A stretch of 64,000 nt of DNA, from the NCBI RefSeq assembly GCF_009914755.1, contig NC_060926.1, one strand, 5' to 3'. Every line of letters begins with the position of its first letter. The stretch's first letter is position 1. The translations under genes were made by a program, and so were the position numbers. Below the pieces are notes generated by a model. That model made no database searches and was not told the DNA's origin. It worked only from the letters and a program-made list of their open reading frames with translations. The DNA comes from the human T2T-CHM13v2.0 reference genome, Homo sapiens. Below are positions 25,364-40,000 of the stretch, piece by piece.

Positions 25364-26019
25364 TTATTTTTAAAAGTAAACAGATTGACCAATACAGAAA
25401 TTCTGGCCCTTTTCCAAAATTACAGCATGTCATTGGAAAAAATTGGAAGGATGAGGAAGATCTCAGTTCAATTCTATTTCTGCTACACTGTGCTGCTCTC
25501 CTATAGCATAGGTATTTAAGTATATGTTAAATGAAATAACTTTTGAAAAACTATATTATTTTAAAATGTGACAAGCATCTCTAACACCTCGTTTACAGAA
25601 GCTTGACTAGCTTTTTTATATTGTTTAAGGGAGTAAATAATTTGTTTCTATGGACCAAAATTTTTACCAGATAGTTACTTGCAAATATAAATAATAAAAA
25701 TATACTAACCTCTTATCCCTTCGGATGTGTGTCCATTTTTTTAAAGCATTGGATGCTATCCAATCTGAACTTTTTGGATAAGAACTAAATCATAGATGAT
25801 AAAAACCAAGCAGCGAACACTTTTTAGGCAAATATGGGAAGTGAGCCATGCCTATTTCTGGAGAATTTTTTCTCCTGACTTTGTGCATCTCAGATGGCTA
25901 GGAACTCAATTCAATTCCCAAATTCTTAAATCCTTGATGTTCAACGTATCATCACCGTATTGCCAAGGAGTATAGATCACAAGGAAGGTGCTTCAAGAAA
26001 ATCACTCCATTATCATCAA

Positions 26020-26800
26020 ACGCGCTATAAACAATGTTGAAAGACAAATAAAAGTCTTGGGGAAGACATTTGTAATAGATTTACCAAAAACTAATATCTG
26101 ATTTGTAAATCAGTGTGAATAAATACCAAAATCCTAATAGAAAAAAAAAAAACGTGGGCTAAGCATATAAGCAGGCAATTAAGAAGTGAGGAAAATGATA
26201 GATCAAAACATATGAGAAGATGTTCATCTTCACTAATAATAGGGAAACTGCAAGTAAAAAACAATGAATTAACACCTTTTAAATGGCAGGTTCTCAATTC
26301 TCAGTAAAATACCGATTGTTGGTAAGGCTGAAAAAAAAAATCACACTCTCCTACCTTGCTGGTGGGAAAGTGAATTTACTAAACCTTGTGGTGAGCAATT
26401 TGGCAATATATATTAGAAATATACATATCCTTTGGCCCAGTGATCTCTCTTTTGATTATTTACTCCAAGGGAACAATAAATCATGCACATATGTATAAAA
26501 GCAGGAGCACAAAAAAATTCATCACAATGGGGTTTATGAGAAGGAAAACTGAGAAGAATCTAATTATCTAACAAGAGGAAATGTTAAATAATTGTTGTAC
26601 ATCCATACACTAGAATTATCTGTATCTTTTTTAAAAAGATGTTGTACATGTAGATTCACTAATATGGAAAGTTCTTTTTTGACTTATTTTAAATAGAAAA
26701 AGAAAGCTTGAGAAATTTCATTGTATGTATATCAAAATATCATGCTGTACACCTTAAATACATACAATAAAAAAAGAAGATTTGAGAGCAACATATATTA
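26020..26800 (+). mobile_element. Ancient L1M (L1MC/ME-like) 3' remnant, with a ~60-bp L1 3' tip inserted at about 26714-26775
   Basis: Diverged ORF2 end 'agatgttcatcttcactaataatagggaaactgcaa'. The tip 'tcatgctgtacaccttaaatacatacaataaaaa' is flanked by agaaagcttgaga / agaagatttgaga. Confidence 0.65.
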
Positions 26801-26805
26801 CATGG

Positions 26806-27218
26806 TGATGTGGTTTGGATCTGTGTCCCCAGTCAAATCTTATGTTCAGTTGTAATCCCTAGTGTTGGAGGTGGGGCCTGGTGGGAGGTGACTGCATCAT
26901 GGGGGTGGAGTTCTTTTGAATGGTTTAGCACCAGCCCTCACTTGGTACTGTATAGTGAGTGAGCTCTCATGAAATCTGGTTCTTTAAAAGTGTGTGGAAC
27001 ATTCCCCTTTCTCTCTCAGTCTTGCTCCTACCTTCTAAGACACCTGCTACCACTTTACCTTCTGCCATGCTTGGAAGCTCACTGAGGCCTCCCCAGAAGC
27101 ACAAGCCACTGTGCCTCCTCTACAACATGAAGAACAATTAGCCAATTAAATCTCTTTTCTTTATAAATCACCTAGTCTCAGGTATTTCATTCTAGCAATG
27201 GGAGAAAGGACTAATACA
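26806..27218 (+). mobile_element. MSTA/MSTB-like solo MaLR LTR
   Basis: tgatgtggtttggat...ggactaataca termini, about 413 bp, typical internal motifs. Confidence 0.9.
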
Positions 27219-30200
27219 GATAGTGTACTCTATGTATATAGAGTTAGGTGTTCAATCATAAAGAGAAGTGTAGAAAAACATTTATAAAATATTGACTGTG
27301 CTTTCTTATATATGGTAGAATTTAAAGTGTTTCCTTCAATAGCTTCTACATGCTTTCCATATTGTCTATTTTTTTCCGTATTTATTATCTTTAATTAAAT
27401 GCTTCGGATTTTAATATTTAGAACTGCAAGGGAATGGATTTGTCAGCAGTTCCATCATTTTCAATTGTGGCTGATTAAACAGATTTTGGATATGAAATGT
27501 ATTCGTTAATATCTATGAATTAGTTTCCTTACTCTCAGTACACTTTTTTCTCTACTATATAGTGCCTGAACATGAGTAAAATATGCACAGCCAAGTAACT
27601 AATTAAGATATTTGTACAATGACAGGGGAGAGTCTTCATTTATGTCATACTTCTCACACAGTTTAGCATATTAACTTCTCTCTATTCAAAAAAGAATGAG
27701 TGGGCCACAGTTAAGGAAGATATGTTGGCATATTGAAACCACAAAGGTTAGCAAAGATCCTGAAAACTCTTCAAACTTTATATTTGTTACTTTCAGAGAA
27801 GTTTCTTTGTAGGCCATGTGAAACATACATAGTTCACAGAATCTTGAATTAAGCGGCAACGACAGCAATAGATTTTGTGAGCCGGATGCTAGGCTTAATG
27901 TCATAAATGGACTACATATTCACTTCAGAGCTATGTTTTTCTAGTGAGTCACAAATGAAACTTCCATAATAATAGTTCCAAGTCATATTCACAAGAAAAC
28001 TGTTCAGTCAAAGAGAATGAGAAACTTATCACAGATTGACGACTTTCTGATATGGGATGTTCAAATTTTCATATCCTTATAAATTAAGAAATACTAGAAT
28101 GAAGTGACCAGATGTTCGGCTTCCTTTCTGGAATTTCAAATGTATGTGTATGTGCATGCATACACAGAAACCATTCCTCTGAAGAGCAGAGATTTCTCAT
28201 CATAAAATGTGTGTCTTCTTATGCTGTCATCGGCCCTCATTTATTATCCATAGTGCTTACATTTCAACACCTTGCATTTTATGTCTTCTTTTATACAGGC
28301 TACACAGATTTCAGGAGACATTCTGAAAGAGAGAGAACTGTTTTTCTCCCACTAGATCTTAGAATGAGTGCCTAGAATGCTAAGTAAAATTTTGGCGAAA
28401 CCATCCATGAAACCTCAAAGAAGTTTTAAGATAGATAATTTTCCCACATTTGTACTCTAGAAGTCAAAGGATTCTGCCAAGTAGATGAAAGTGAGAAATT
28501 GGTGGTAAAAACTCCGCTTTAAGTAGGTCAGTTCTTGTCTTTGCCTTTCATGACCTTCAGGTGTCAGTCCTCTAAAACTACTTTAGTCTACCTGATACCA
28601 TAAACGTCAAGAAAAAGAGAACATTTCTCAGAAATGAAGCCACAGTGCAGTTTAAAAAGTTCTGATACTTGGTGGTGAAACACAACTGTGAGACACTTAT
28701 GAGTCTGCATGACTATATTAGGAAATGTATGTAAGGACAATTTTAATAATAAGCTTACAACCATTTTTTTGGTTCAGAAATAGGCTTTTCTTAAAAATTA
28801 AAAAATAGCACATGCTATTAAGTAATAGTCATTGCAAACATCCCCCCAAAAGTATCTTATAATAGCCATTGCTGTTTTATTTCTAGCTCCATTCTGATCC
28901 ACAACCAAACTTTTATTTGTCAAATTGTGTCAGTGAGCAAATGAAAAACAGACTGTTTCTTGGCTGAGACCATGAATTCTAGGCAATTAGCATAATAAAA
29001 ATAAATTCACCTTACATTGATTTACACTCCACCATAATAAGCTACAGACTATTTTTCTTATATTGTTATTGTCTTTTAAAATGTATCTCTAGTAAGATGT
29101 AAAAGCACATTATTTTGTCTTTATTTATATATTTATAGGATGTTTAAACTTTCCAATCCATAAAGCTGCATTCCAGGAGTAGAAGTCCAGTTTAGACTGG
29201 CCTCCCTCTTAGGTTGATTGATTTGAGAATGAAGAAATATCTTCTGTAAAGAGTATCCCAAATCAGCTCCTGTTTCATGGCCAAAATTCACCTCTTACAA
29301 TTTCTTACGATTTGCGTTAAGACAGCAGGTTTCTGGGCATACTCTGTTAAAATACAAATATTCTTGGAAGAGTTAACATATAAAACTGATAACACCTTAG
29401 AACAGATTAGGAAAGCAAATTATTCTTATGTGAAAGCTAGCTGAGAGTAATACCCTTAAGAGTTGGGATCTGAAAGAAAATTCTCATTTGCGGGTGTTGG
29501 TGAGGAATAGAAACCCCGGCACTCATGGAGCAATAAGGAAGGCTCGATGGGAACCAAGAAACTAAGATGAGAGTATGATTCTGGCAGTTTTGCTGAGGAA
29601 ATAGCTGGATGAGTTTGTATTTCTTAGCTAGGGGCTCATCCAGCCACAGTTTCTTCCTGCTGTCTGACAGGATAGAATGTTGCTTTCTTCTGTTATCTGC
29701 CACCAAAGGTAAGGGAAAATAGGAAGAGATTAGTTCCTTAGGTATAAGCTGGGGTTAGGTCTTAGTTGTAAGCTAACCAGATGGCCACTGATAAGGTTTC
29801 ATTGAAAGATATCTCAAAGGACCCTGACAAAATTAAAGCCTCTCCACTGTTGCGGATAGACATTTAATTTCCCATTACTCTTGTTCTAATGTGTAGGAAC
29901 TTCAGCTTCTCTCTGTCCTCCGTGGGATAAAGGACCTAACTTGTGTTTGATGAATTAGAGTGAAAGAACTGAGCTCAAGGTATCTTGAATAGAAGAGAAG
30001 ATGAGGAATGTACTGGGTCGGTGACAATAGGGTAAGATAAAATTTGCAAAGTGAGTAGAGGAAGGATTGAGGGAAACAACACCCAGAGGGAAGAACGTAA
30101 AAGGAGGAGGAAGAAAGAAAGAGATAGGATGAGGCAAGAAAAAAAAAAAGAGCCAGGGAAGATGGTAGAAGCATTCAGGACATTCCATTTATTTTGAATT

Positions 30201-30308
30201 TTGCTGACATCAAATCTTATGATGTTTTAAAAATTGGCTTTTTGTTGGCGTTTAATCAAGTAGCATGTACAAACTAAAGAAATCAAAGAGACTTAGAAAA
30301 ACCAATTT

Positions 30309-31631
30309 GTGCAAGTCAGGGCCTCATTAGGAGACATAAATCACACTAGTTATTTGGACAGAATTTTATATAAAGAATTATTAACTGGTTATAAAGTTGT
30401 TCACTAAATAAATGAAAGAGTAACAAGGGAACAGTAAGTTATAGTAGAAACAACTGTAGAAAGAAGCTATCATACCTCGCGGTGAGGTAATAAAGGCAAG
30501 AGGCTGGAATTAACAGTATTCACCTCTTTATTCTCAAAGGATCAGTTCCAAGACCACCAGTGAATGCCTGAAACCATGGATAATATCAAATCCTATTGCC
30601 ATCAACTGGAACACATTTCTGTTATGTCTTCCACCCACAAATGCAATACCTTTCCCATCTTAACTAAGCATTTATCACACACTGTGGCCATCACTTTTGC
30701 AGTCTGAGGTGTGACAGAAAAACTAGCACAAATTTCTTTTTCCTTCTTCACAATTTTATGGATAGAAGATTAACTCCACTATAGATCTTAGCAACCTCAG
30801 TATATAACTTTTTTTTATTAAGTCTAGAAATTTCACTTTTTTCTTTAAAGAAAGTACTCTACGGCTTCCCTTTGGCATATATGAATTGTCAGCATCACTC
30901 CTCTTGCACTTTGAAGCCATTATTAACTAAAATAAGGGTCACTTGAACACAATACTATGATACCACCACAGTCCATCTGATGACGGAGAAGGCTCCTAAG
31001 TGACTGATGAGCGGCGAGTATAGAGAGCATGCATGTGCTGGACAAAGAGCTGATTCACCTGTTAAATTTCTAAACACTACTCAGAGTGGTGTGCAATTTA
31101 AAACTTCCAAATTGTTTATTTCTGAAATTTTCCATTTAATATTTTCATACTGCTGTTGACCAGAGGTAACTGAAGGTTTAGAAAGTGAAACCATGGATAA
31201 GGGAGAACTGCTGTGTTAAACGTATTAGATTGGAGTAGTGGCCCTGTGGAGATGAAATTCAAACTTCTGAGCAGGAACGCTTGGCTGGTGTTGGTGTCTC
31301 TGAGTGTCCGATAAGGCTGGTTCTATTAGTGTTAGATAATCTGCAGACTGCGTTCATGTGCTGCTATGGAAAGGCACTGTCAAGGTGAAGAAGTGTTACT
31401 AGGAAGATGCTCACAAGAACAGGGAACAGACAGGAAGTTCCTAAGACGGTGATGTGCACTAACAGGAATGGGAATATAAACAGGAAGTAATTGCCTCCCA
31501 CCCTCCCTCTAGCATCCCCTATTGGCTGAGCCTAACAGAGAACCAGCTGCCCAGGCAGAAATGTGGTTGGCAGAGTCCCAGCCCCAGAGTCATAAAACAG
31601 AGTATAGAAGTGGGGCATTGGTGATAAGAGA
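30309..31631 (-). mobile_element. Ancient ERV-class LTR (subfamily uncertain) split by MER44
   Basis: 'gtcagggcctcattaggagacataaatcacactag' at the left and 'cctattggctgagcctaacagagaaccagct...ctggca' at the right. Confidence 0.55.
30514..31213. mobile_element. MER44 (Tigger7-derived) non-autonomous DNA transposon
   Basis: Degenerate TIRs cagtattcacctctttattc / ggataagggagaactgctg. Subterminal gaaaccatggataa occurs at both ends. About 700 bp. Confidence 0.8.
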
Positions 31632-31887
31632 TAAGAGCTTAAGAACTGGCATGCAACCTTTACAAAGCATTATTTTTCCAATTGTCTTTTATTCCTTAAT
31701 TTTGAGGAGATTTTTATCAAAATCAGAAAATAACAGAGACAAAACACCAAATATCCTTTACTACAGTTGTAACTTCTTTTAAATAAACCAGATTACTGAA
31801 AATCTAGATTTGTTTTTTAAAGTAAAAATTATTATTTCATTTGTAGAAAATTATTATGGGATTCTGCTCCAGTTAAATCTCCTTTTC

Positions 31888-32210
31888 TTTATTTTATGTA
31901 TTTATTTATTTATTTTTTATTTTTGTATTTATTTATTTATTTATTTTTGAGACAGAGTCTCACTCTGTTGCCCAGGCTGGAGTGCGGTGGCGCCATCTCG
32001 GCTCACTGCAAGCTCCGCCTCCCGGGTTCATGCCGGGAGCAGCTGGGACCACAGGCGCCCGCCACCACGCCTGGCTAATTTTTTGTATTTTTAGTAGAGA
32101 CGGTGTTTCACCATGTTAGCCAGGATGGTCTCGATATCCTGACCTGGTGATCCTCCCGCCTCGGCCTCCCAAAGTGCTGGGATTACAGGCGTGAGCCACC
32201 GCGCCCGGCC
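31888..32210 (-). mobile_element. AluY SINE with (TTTA)n tail and a ~20-bp internal deletion
   Basis: Y diagnostic 'gcaagctccgcc'. The 'attctcctgcctcagcctcc' segment is missing at about 32034. Confidence 0.92.
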
Positions 32211-35200
32211 CTTTTGTTTATTTATACTGTTCTTCTGCAAATATTTATTGAATATCTAATACGTGTCAGAAACTATTCTAGGTACTTGAAGTACATCAGA
32301 GAATAAAAGAGAAAATATCTTTGCATTCATAGAACTTGATTTTTACAGAAGATTTATATCTTTCAACATTCAGAAATAATCAATTGCAAATATTTTATGA
32401 AAAATAGATCTGGTGTACAATCAAAGATTACTTGTATTGACAATTATGGCAATAGACACATTTAGAGGTATGCTGAAATTCTGGAACCTTATTCAAGTAT
32501 ATCCATTTTTCCTGCTCACTCTCAGATGGATTTCCCCCAACTTATTTTTGCATCTCTGAAGAGAATTAAACAGGTATTAATATGATATAAGATTATACCA
32601 AGACTGCCTTTTAAATAACTTACACCTGAGAGCTACACCATAAAACCCATAGAAGTTTCCTCTTTTAGCATCTACTACCCCATAAGACGTAAGGATAATT
32701 TAGTGTGAGTAAGAGAAGGGAAATACAGGGAGGATTTTTGAATAATGTTTAACTAATATGCTTCCTTCAAATAAATGTAAATATATATATATATATATCT
32801 ATCTTTCTAGCACATAGTAATAGTTTACAAGCTCAAATTTGGTTTCTGCACCATATAAAAATTATCTGTGAAACTTTGTGCCAATTAAAAGAATTGTTCT
32901 GATTTATACATAGATCATGTAGTGTTTCTCAGAACCACCATGGTCACATTAAAATTATCCACCACATTTATTCTTTAAGATATTCAGAGAAATCTCAATA
33001 GAGAAGACTTGAGCTGTGATATCCCCTCATAAAAATACAAAATTCCTTTCTCATTGATCATAGAAGAACCTAAGGTACAGATATTACATTATATTTTTGA
33101 CATTTTAAGAAGAAATATAATCTTCAAGGTCTTAGAAATGGTAGGTTCACTGTCATCAGCAATATTTAAACATAAACCTTTAACAGCAAATACCTCAGAG
33201 CTTTACATAGTAGCTGCTCCATTAAGGTTTGCAGATCACATTATTTTATTTATTTTTAATAATCAACAAGTAAATAAGTTCTTCTGTATCCCTATGTAAT
33301 TTCTTCATTTAACTGCCCTCCTGCTCAAGACATCTTTGCTATTCCCAAAAGTTAACATCTCACCTTTCTAGGTCTCCCTGCACATAGGTCAGAATTGTTT
33401 TCTTAATTCTTCCTGTTGTTCTTGTGTTGCTAAGACAGAAGATCTGAAATGTTATCCTATGGTAAGAGATAAGGAGAAGGCCATCCAGTATCTTATATAC
33501 CATTCTCTAGCTGTGTTTCCCAAGAAGGTGGAAGAGGGCTTTTCATTCTGAGCCATACAAATGAACATGTCTTCCAATCTTCTATGTGATTAGGTGAAAT
33601 CTTAGTCTATAAATAAAGGCTCTTCATAACCCACCTCAAACTTACTGTTCAGATTACATCTCAACATCTCAGATATCTCCTGAATGGCCACCAAAAGCCA
33701 CCAATGCCCAGCCTTCACCCATTTCCCTTCATTTGAGAGTGTCATCTCAATACTGGCTACTGATTAAAAAGTGTAGGTCAGAAAAGAGAATGTTAGAATT
33801 GGGTACATCTCCACCTAATTTGCAGTGCCACTGGAGTGGTGATGGTCACAGCTTTTCTTGTAGAAAATTCTATTTCAGGACCCTCAGTACTGACTGTGAA
33901 CTTCACAAGTCCTGCCAAATCCTTTTCCTTTTGGCCATGAGTGACTTTGCTTCCTCCAGCTGCCAGCCATAGCCTATTAAATGCAAACAACTTTAAAATA
34001 ACATTTCTCCCCACATAACACAAAAGAAAAGCCAGGTTTCAGAAAGAAGCATACCATCTTAAGTTTAGACTCTGCCTTTGAACCATTTTAGACTTTCCTA
34101 AGGTGAGAGCATTGGTCAGCTATTGTCTTTTCAAAGCATTCGCTCTAATGTTGGTTTATCAGCCATCCTAGGACTAGATGGGAAAATCTTTACTTTCTAA
34201 TATGAATAAAAAAAGAAATACTTCCTGAAAATGGAATGTTATCAGAAATGATGTTTTGTTTTCTAGTCACAAGGGTAGACAGCCTATTCTAGGAGTAGCT
34301 GAAAAGTGGGAAACAAAAGAACTTGAAAGAAAAACAGATTTTGAGAAGTGTTTAGTAGGCAATAGTATTAAAAATAAAATCCCTTGGTAGCCTGTCATCT
34401 TGATGTTATGAAACCCAGTAGCATGTTTTTCTCCCTTTCAAATGAATTTTGTTTTTAATAAGTTTGGCTAAAAGTATAAATGCTTTTGGTGAGGTCAAGT
34501 TGAACTTGTGGTTTTTCTTAGCCATTGGGGTCTACACCTCAGAGAGTTTTTTGTTTTTACTGGAAGTTTAAATTTTGTTGACCAAACTGGCAGTTTCTTT
34601 GTAAGAGCACTTGAGTCCTTTAATGTTTTCTTTTTTGGTCTCTTTTGCTGTTTAAAGGAATGACTTAAGGATAAATTTGGTGCCTTGGATAGATAAATAA
34701 ATCTGACAAAATTACAAATGACTCAGTTAACTGGAGCAGGAAGGGGAAAATAATAGTGAATTAATTTTAAAAAGAAAACACAACCCTCAGTAAAATGCAT
34801 AAAACCCTAATAAAGGCAAAAGCCACTTCGAAAAAAAGTTTAATATTTTAAAGAAAGGAAATAATAAATTCTTCCAAGTGCTATAAAACAACCAACCAAC
34901 CAAAAACTACTAAAAAATTATGTGATAACATCTTCACATCTGATGTATATATAATAGTTAACTTAGTACCTTATGAAATATTTTGTTTTATGTATATATT
35001 TTAGTATGTTTATATAATAATCAAATTGTACAATTGTGTCTTTTCATTAGAAACTCATTATGAACAAATTTTCAAACTTATTTGTGTGTTTAAAAGGAAT
35101 GAGTCACAGTTAAAAGGAACTGTCACTTGACTATGAAAAATTAGTTGACTTTACAGATTCAGACTGGCTGAGAAAATCAGGCCTTGGCTGTGGGAAAGTA

Positions 35201-35679
35201 TGAATGCTTGTCTAATGCACATAAAAATGGGTGCTCATAGAATAGATACATATTCTCAGGATGGGCATATCCATTGGCCAAGGGAAAGTGATGTAGGGCA
35301 TATATTTTCTTGGCCTCCTTTTATGGCCCCTACTTTGAGTAGAAGAGAATCTTCTAAAAAAGTGGACAAAAATCTCCTACTTTTATTTAACTCATTATTT
35401 TACCTCAAGCTGACTCATTTTTTTTTCAACTATGATGAGGCTTGGGGTGGTCAGATTATTCAGCATTTATTGCAGGCTACACATAGTAACCACAGTAATA
35501 TGTTCTAATTCAGCACTCTGATTAACAAGGAACCACCATAGATAGTATTCACATATTATCCATTTGTAAGTGCCCAGATAATATTTAAAAAAGAGTATTT
35601 CCTTAATGACTCAAAGTCATTTAAGTATTTTAAGTATGTTAGAATGCAGGGCAATTCTCACGGTTTTTAAAACATGTCT

Positions 35680-35772
35680 ATATATATATGTGTGTGTGTG
35701 TGTATGGGTATATATATATATACATACATACACACATATATGCACATATATGAATATATACATTTACATATA
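35680..35772. repeat. Compound (TA)/(TG)/(CA) microsatellite
   Basis: Seen directly. Confidence 0.9.
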
Positions 35773-36651
35773 CAAAAGCAAAATCAAATTGACACAGTTT
35801 TCTGATCTTTAAATTAGGAATACTAATATTTACTTCATGAGGCCTTTTGGAGATAAATTAAGATAGATAAGAATTTAGAACAATACATGGAATAGGGTAC
35901 ATGTTCAGAAAATACTGATTCTTTGTCCCTCCCCGTCTTTTACTTTTTCAGAGAGGAAGTAAATTATAATACAAAAAGCCTAGACTTGCAGGAGAGGAGG
36001 GAGAGCAGGGACTTAATTATATCTTGTTTGAATTGCATCTTCAACACTGCAAGCTTTTAAACTTAGCCAAGTTAATAACTTCCTAAAGGTTTAGTTTCCT
36101 CCTATGTAAAATAAACCAATACTTATTTTAGAGGATATATGTGAGGATTATACAAGACAGCAGTGTAGGCACACAGTGCCTAAGACATAATAGGTGACCA
36201 CTGCTCTTTTCTCATAGCTTTGTCTAAAAACAGGAACCATGAGATAAGTTAAAATTAGTATTACATGCATATACAAAAAAGTTGTCTGAAGCCATTCACA
36301 ACTAGTCATTTAGCTGTTCCATTGATCATCCTAAAAAAATTTCAATATATAAAACTGGATTGGTTTTGGACTTTCTCTATATGGCTCTGGGATAAGAAAA
36401 TAGGATGTAGTGTGAAGTTCAAAACCCTATATGGCAACTCAGTATCTGTGTTACAGTCTTGACATTTTTTATTATATTTCAAGTATTTTACAGGTTACCT
36501 TTAAGCTTTTAACATGCATGTAAAAGATAAAGTGTAAATTTAAGACGTTAACACACTAAAACACCCAATGCCATATTGTAGCTGACCCTCAGAATCTCCT
36601 TCAGAGAGGTGGATAAAATCAGGTTTAGAGCACCAAGAATTCATCAGACAG

Positions 36652-37044
36652 TGTGGTTGTGAACCTTCTAAGCTGGGTCCCAACGATCCACGCCTCCTGG
36701 TATTCCTGCCCCGCTATAATCTCCTCCTCTTAAATGTGTTGGCTAGAAACAGTGACTCACTTCTAACAATAAAATATGGCTCAAGTGATGGATTTACTTC
36801 TGAGATTAGGTTGTAAGTGATGGTTACTTCCATCTTGATAGCATTCTCTCTTTCTGGTTCTCCTTACTTGCTGTTCTGATGAAATGCATGTTGTGAGTCC
36901 ATGCCCTGATGTCACCTTGAAAGTCAAAGGGCCCAGCCAAGTGTGCCTGGATTCCTGGCCCAGAGAAACTGCAATAATAAATGGGGTTGTTTTAAGACAC
37001 TAAATTTAATAATATTTTGTTATACAGCAATAGATAACTAATAT
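36652..37044 (+). mobile_element. MLT1E/F-like MaLR LTR
   Basis: 'ggtcccaacgatccacgcctcctggtattc' near the start and 'gcaatagataactaatata' at the end. Confidence 0.75.
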
Positions 37045-40000
37045 AGATGAGCAGGGGAAATGACTAAAATTTTGATGGACTTATATAGATTAAAATTGAA
37101 GAAGAGAAGTAATTATGTTTTGTTTTCAAGCATAAATCAAATATACATCATTTTTACTTCCATATAATTATTTAGAATATCATAGTTATTTTAGTGCCTT
37201 TGTCCAATTTTTTTGAGCCTTCACTTTAAAAATTCTTTGCTCCCAAAAGTCTTATATAATTTGGTAATTCCTAAATATCTCTTTAAATAGAATATGAGAA
37301 GCCAACAAAGCCAAGTCATGCACCGAAGAGCTTTCAAAACCCATAAGTTCCTGTACTATCAGCAATAGCAGCGATACAATTGAATCCAATAGCATAAATA
37401 GCCATCAAGATAGGCAGACACACTTTAATTAGAAAAAGTTCATCTTTTTATAGTTCAAAGATCTCCTAAAAGACAAACAAAAATACATCTCATGGAAGTA
37501 TTTCAAAAACTATTTAAAACAATGGGTCATTTCCTATTTTCCCCAGTATTAGAGAGTTTTTCTAATTCACACTGCAAAAAATTAAAACCAATCAGATTGC
37601 TCAATCTTGTGTACTAAAACAAAATTGCCAAGCCCTTCTCTTTGCCTGGATTGGCAATGGTAGTACGTTCTGTTTCCAATGATCCATGCAACTACCATCA
37701 AAACTTCCTGCCTTGCAAACCACAAAGTATGAGCAGAAGCCATCTTGCCTAGGAGAGCCTCAGAGTCAACATCTCAGAGAAGAGACTCATCACCCTACAG
37801 GCTCCCAGCTCTGCCTTGACCAGGCCCTGGCTCAGCCAGAGCAGCCCTGCCTTAGATTATCAGGCTTTGAAAGTGAATTTTTTTTAACATGTTTGGGCTT
37901 GCACTACATTTTGTGGCATTCACAATATATTTTAGCTAACTCTATCTATATCTATAGATTATATCTATATCTATATCTATATTATCTATATCTATGGGGA
38001 GATCTCTGTGTTATGCTCAGAATCTTTGTGGAGGGAAATAAACATCTTTTGGAGTTAATGTAAGGATGTTTGAAAATTAACTTTTTAGCCAGTTATATAG
38101 CTATAAGGAGAAAGAATACCTAAAAATTTTCACCATTATATCTTTAAGAACTACATGCCACCTAATGTTCTAGAAAGAGCTGGACTATTCCATAACCAAA
38201 ATGAAGTCATGAGGAGTTGTTCCCCTCCAGCAAATATATTAACAGAGAAACTTCAAAGGAATGTACCTACTAAGACACAGACCTCTACTGTATATTATGC
38301 CAAAGTTTCTGTCTGAAAAATGTAAAAGTCAGTCATTGATCTTTTTAGGTATTCTGTTGGCCAGAGCACTGCACTAATTGACAGCTAAATGCTGGATTTA
38401 ATACATCTGAGGGTTCATAGATTCCCTCTGTTCTGTGGCCACAGACTGAATCCCTTAACTCCAACCAGATGTTTTATGAATGAGCAAGACCACAAATCTA
38501 TCAGTGATATTGGAAAAACAATCCAAGTGTCTGATATACCAATGATAGTTCATAAATATCACCTTCAAATGCAAAAAGAAAACCTCTCCCCAGATCTATT
38601 GACTGGTTTGATTTTATTTTTTCATGGCACTGATTGGATTACAGATTTAGATGATTACTTATTTTTACTTCATGTTAATAAATATCCTTTCCCCAACAGC
38701 CCAGAAGTTCTAGCTCACATAGATTTAAAAAATACCATAGTTTTATATTAATTACATAGTGATGCATTCACCAGCATATGGCAAAATAGAATTCAGACTG
38801 GTAAAAGCCAAATTATTTTTCATCTACCTCTATAACATTTTATGGGTATTTTCATTTGTTCAATGTATTATATTGAGAATGTTAAAAATAGACATTAATT
38901 ACATTTCCAGTTAGCCTTCAGTGTTACATAGAATGTGTTATGAAAGCAAATAAACATCTTTTGGGAGTTAATGTAAGGCTGTTTGAAAATTTTCTTCTTT
39001 TAGCCAAGAATAAACTACCATTTATTTAATTTCAACATGTTGAGCCAAATTTTGATTACTATAATGAAAGAATTAGATAAAACTAATGTAAATTTAAAAA
39101 ACTTTAAAGTAGCTTTGTAATTTGTTTTAACATTTGAAATAATGAAAGGTACCTAATAATGTTATAATCCACAATATTTATAAAAAATCACAATGATTCA
39201 TTATGAAGAAAAAACTCCTCAGTTTTTTTTCTCAAAAAAACCTGATTGATATCAAATATCAAATTAGATGTTATTAATATTTTATTTTTATATCAAGAGG
39301 CTTACCAATGTTTACACCGTTCCATAAACATTAAACTTCTGAGGATTTATGCCAAGGAACACAGTAAAATTGAGAAGTAAACTCCTTTACCTGGATTTGT
39401 TCAATAGAAAATTATTAATAATAGAAAAAGTAAAATGATATTAATGTTCAACAGCTAGTCAATGATTAAATAAAGGAATGTTATGTAATTAATTTTTCCC
39501 AAAAATATTTATTTATTCCCTCTCATGTGCCAGGTATCATGCTTGTCTTCTGGATACAGTTATGAACATAGCAGGTAAAGTTCCTAACCTCATAAAACAT
39601 ACTTTATTTAAAATGATGTTAATGAATCATTGGTACCAAGGTAAAATATGTGTACAATGATTAGTAAAAAAATAGGATATAAAAAATTGTTTATATTATA
39701 TGATCAAAGCTATGAACAAATTAGATACAGGAAAAACATCAAAGAATATAAATAAAAATGCTCTTGTAATTTTCTTTTCTGTGGCTGGATTTTGAGTGTC
39801 TTCTTTCCATCACTCTTCTGTTTTCCAAATGCTATCTAATGAATATACATTGCTTTTATATTTGGAAAATAACATAATCTTATGTCTAAACCAAAAATAG
39901 TAACTAAATATGAAGAAAAACTGTTCTATTTCACTTACCCTCATCTTCCTATTGAAATATTGATTAAATCCTGAAAAGGTTAAGAGTTTCATAGCACTGT

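Noticed and set aside
28289-29714. Isolated splice-like signals (tttatacag near 28298; aag|gtaagg near 29708)
   Set aside because: They could not be joined into a supported exon or reading frame, and such motifs are frequent by chance.
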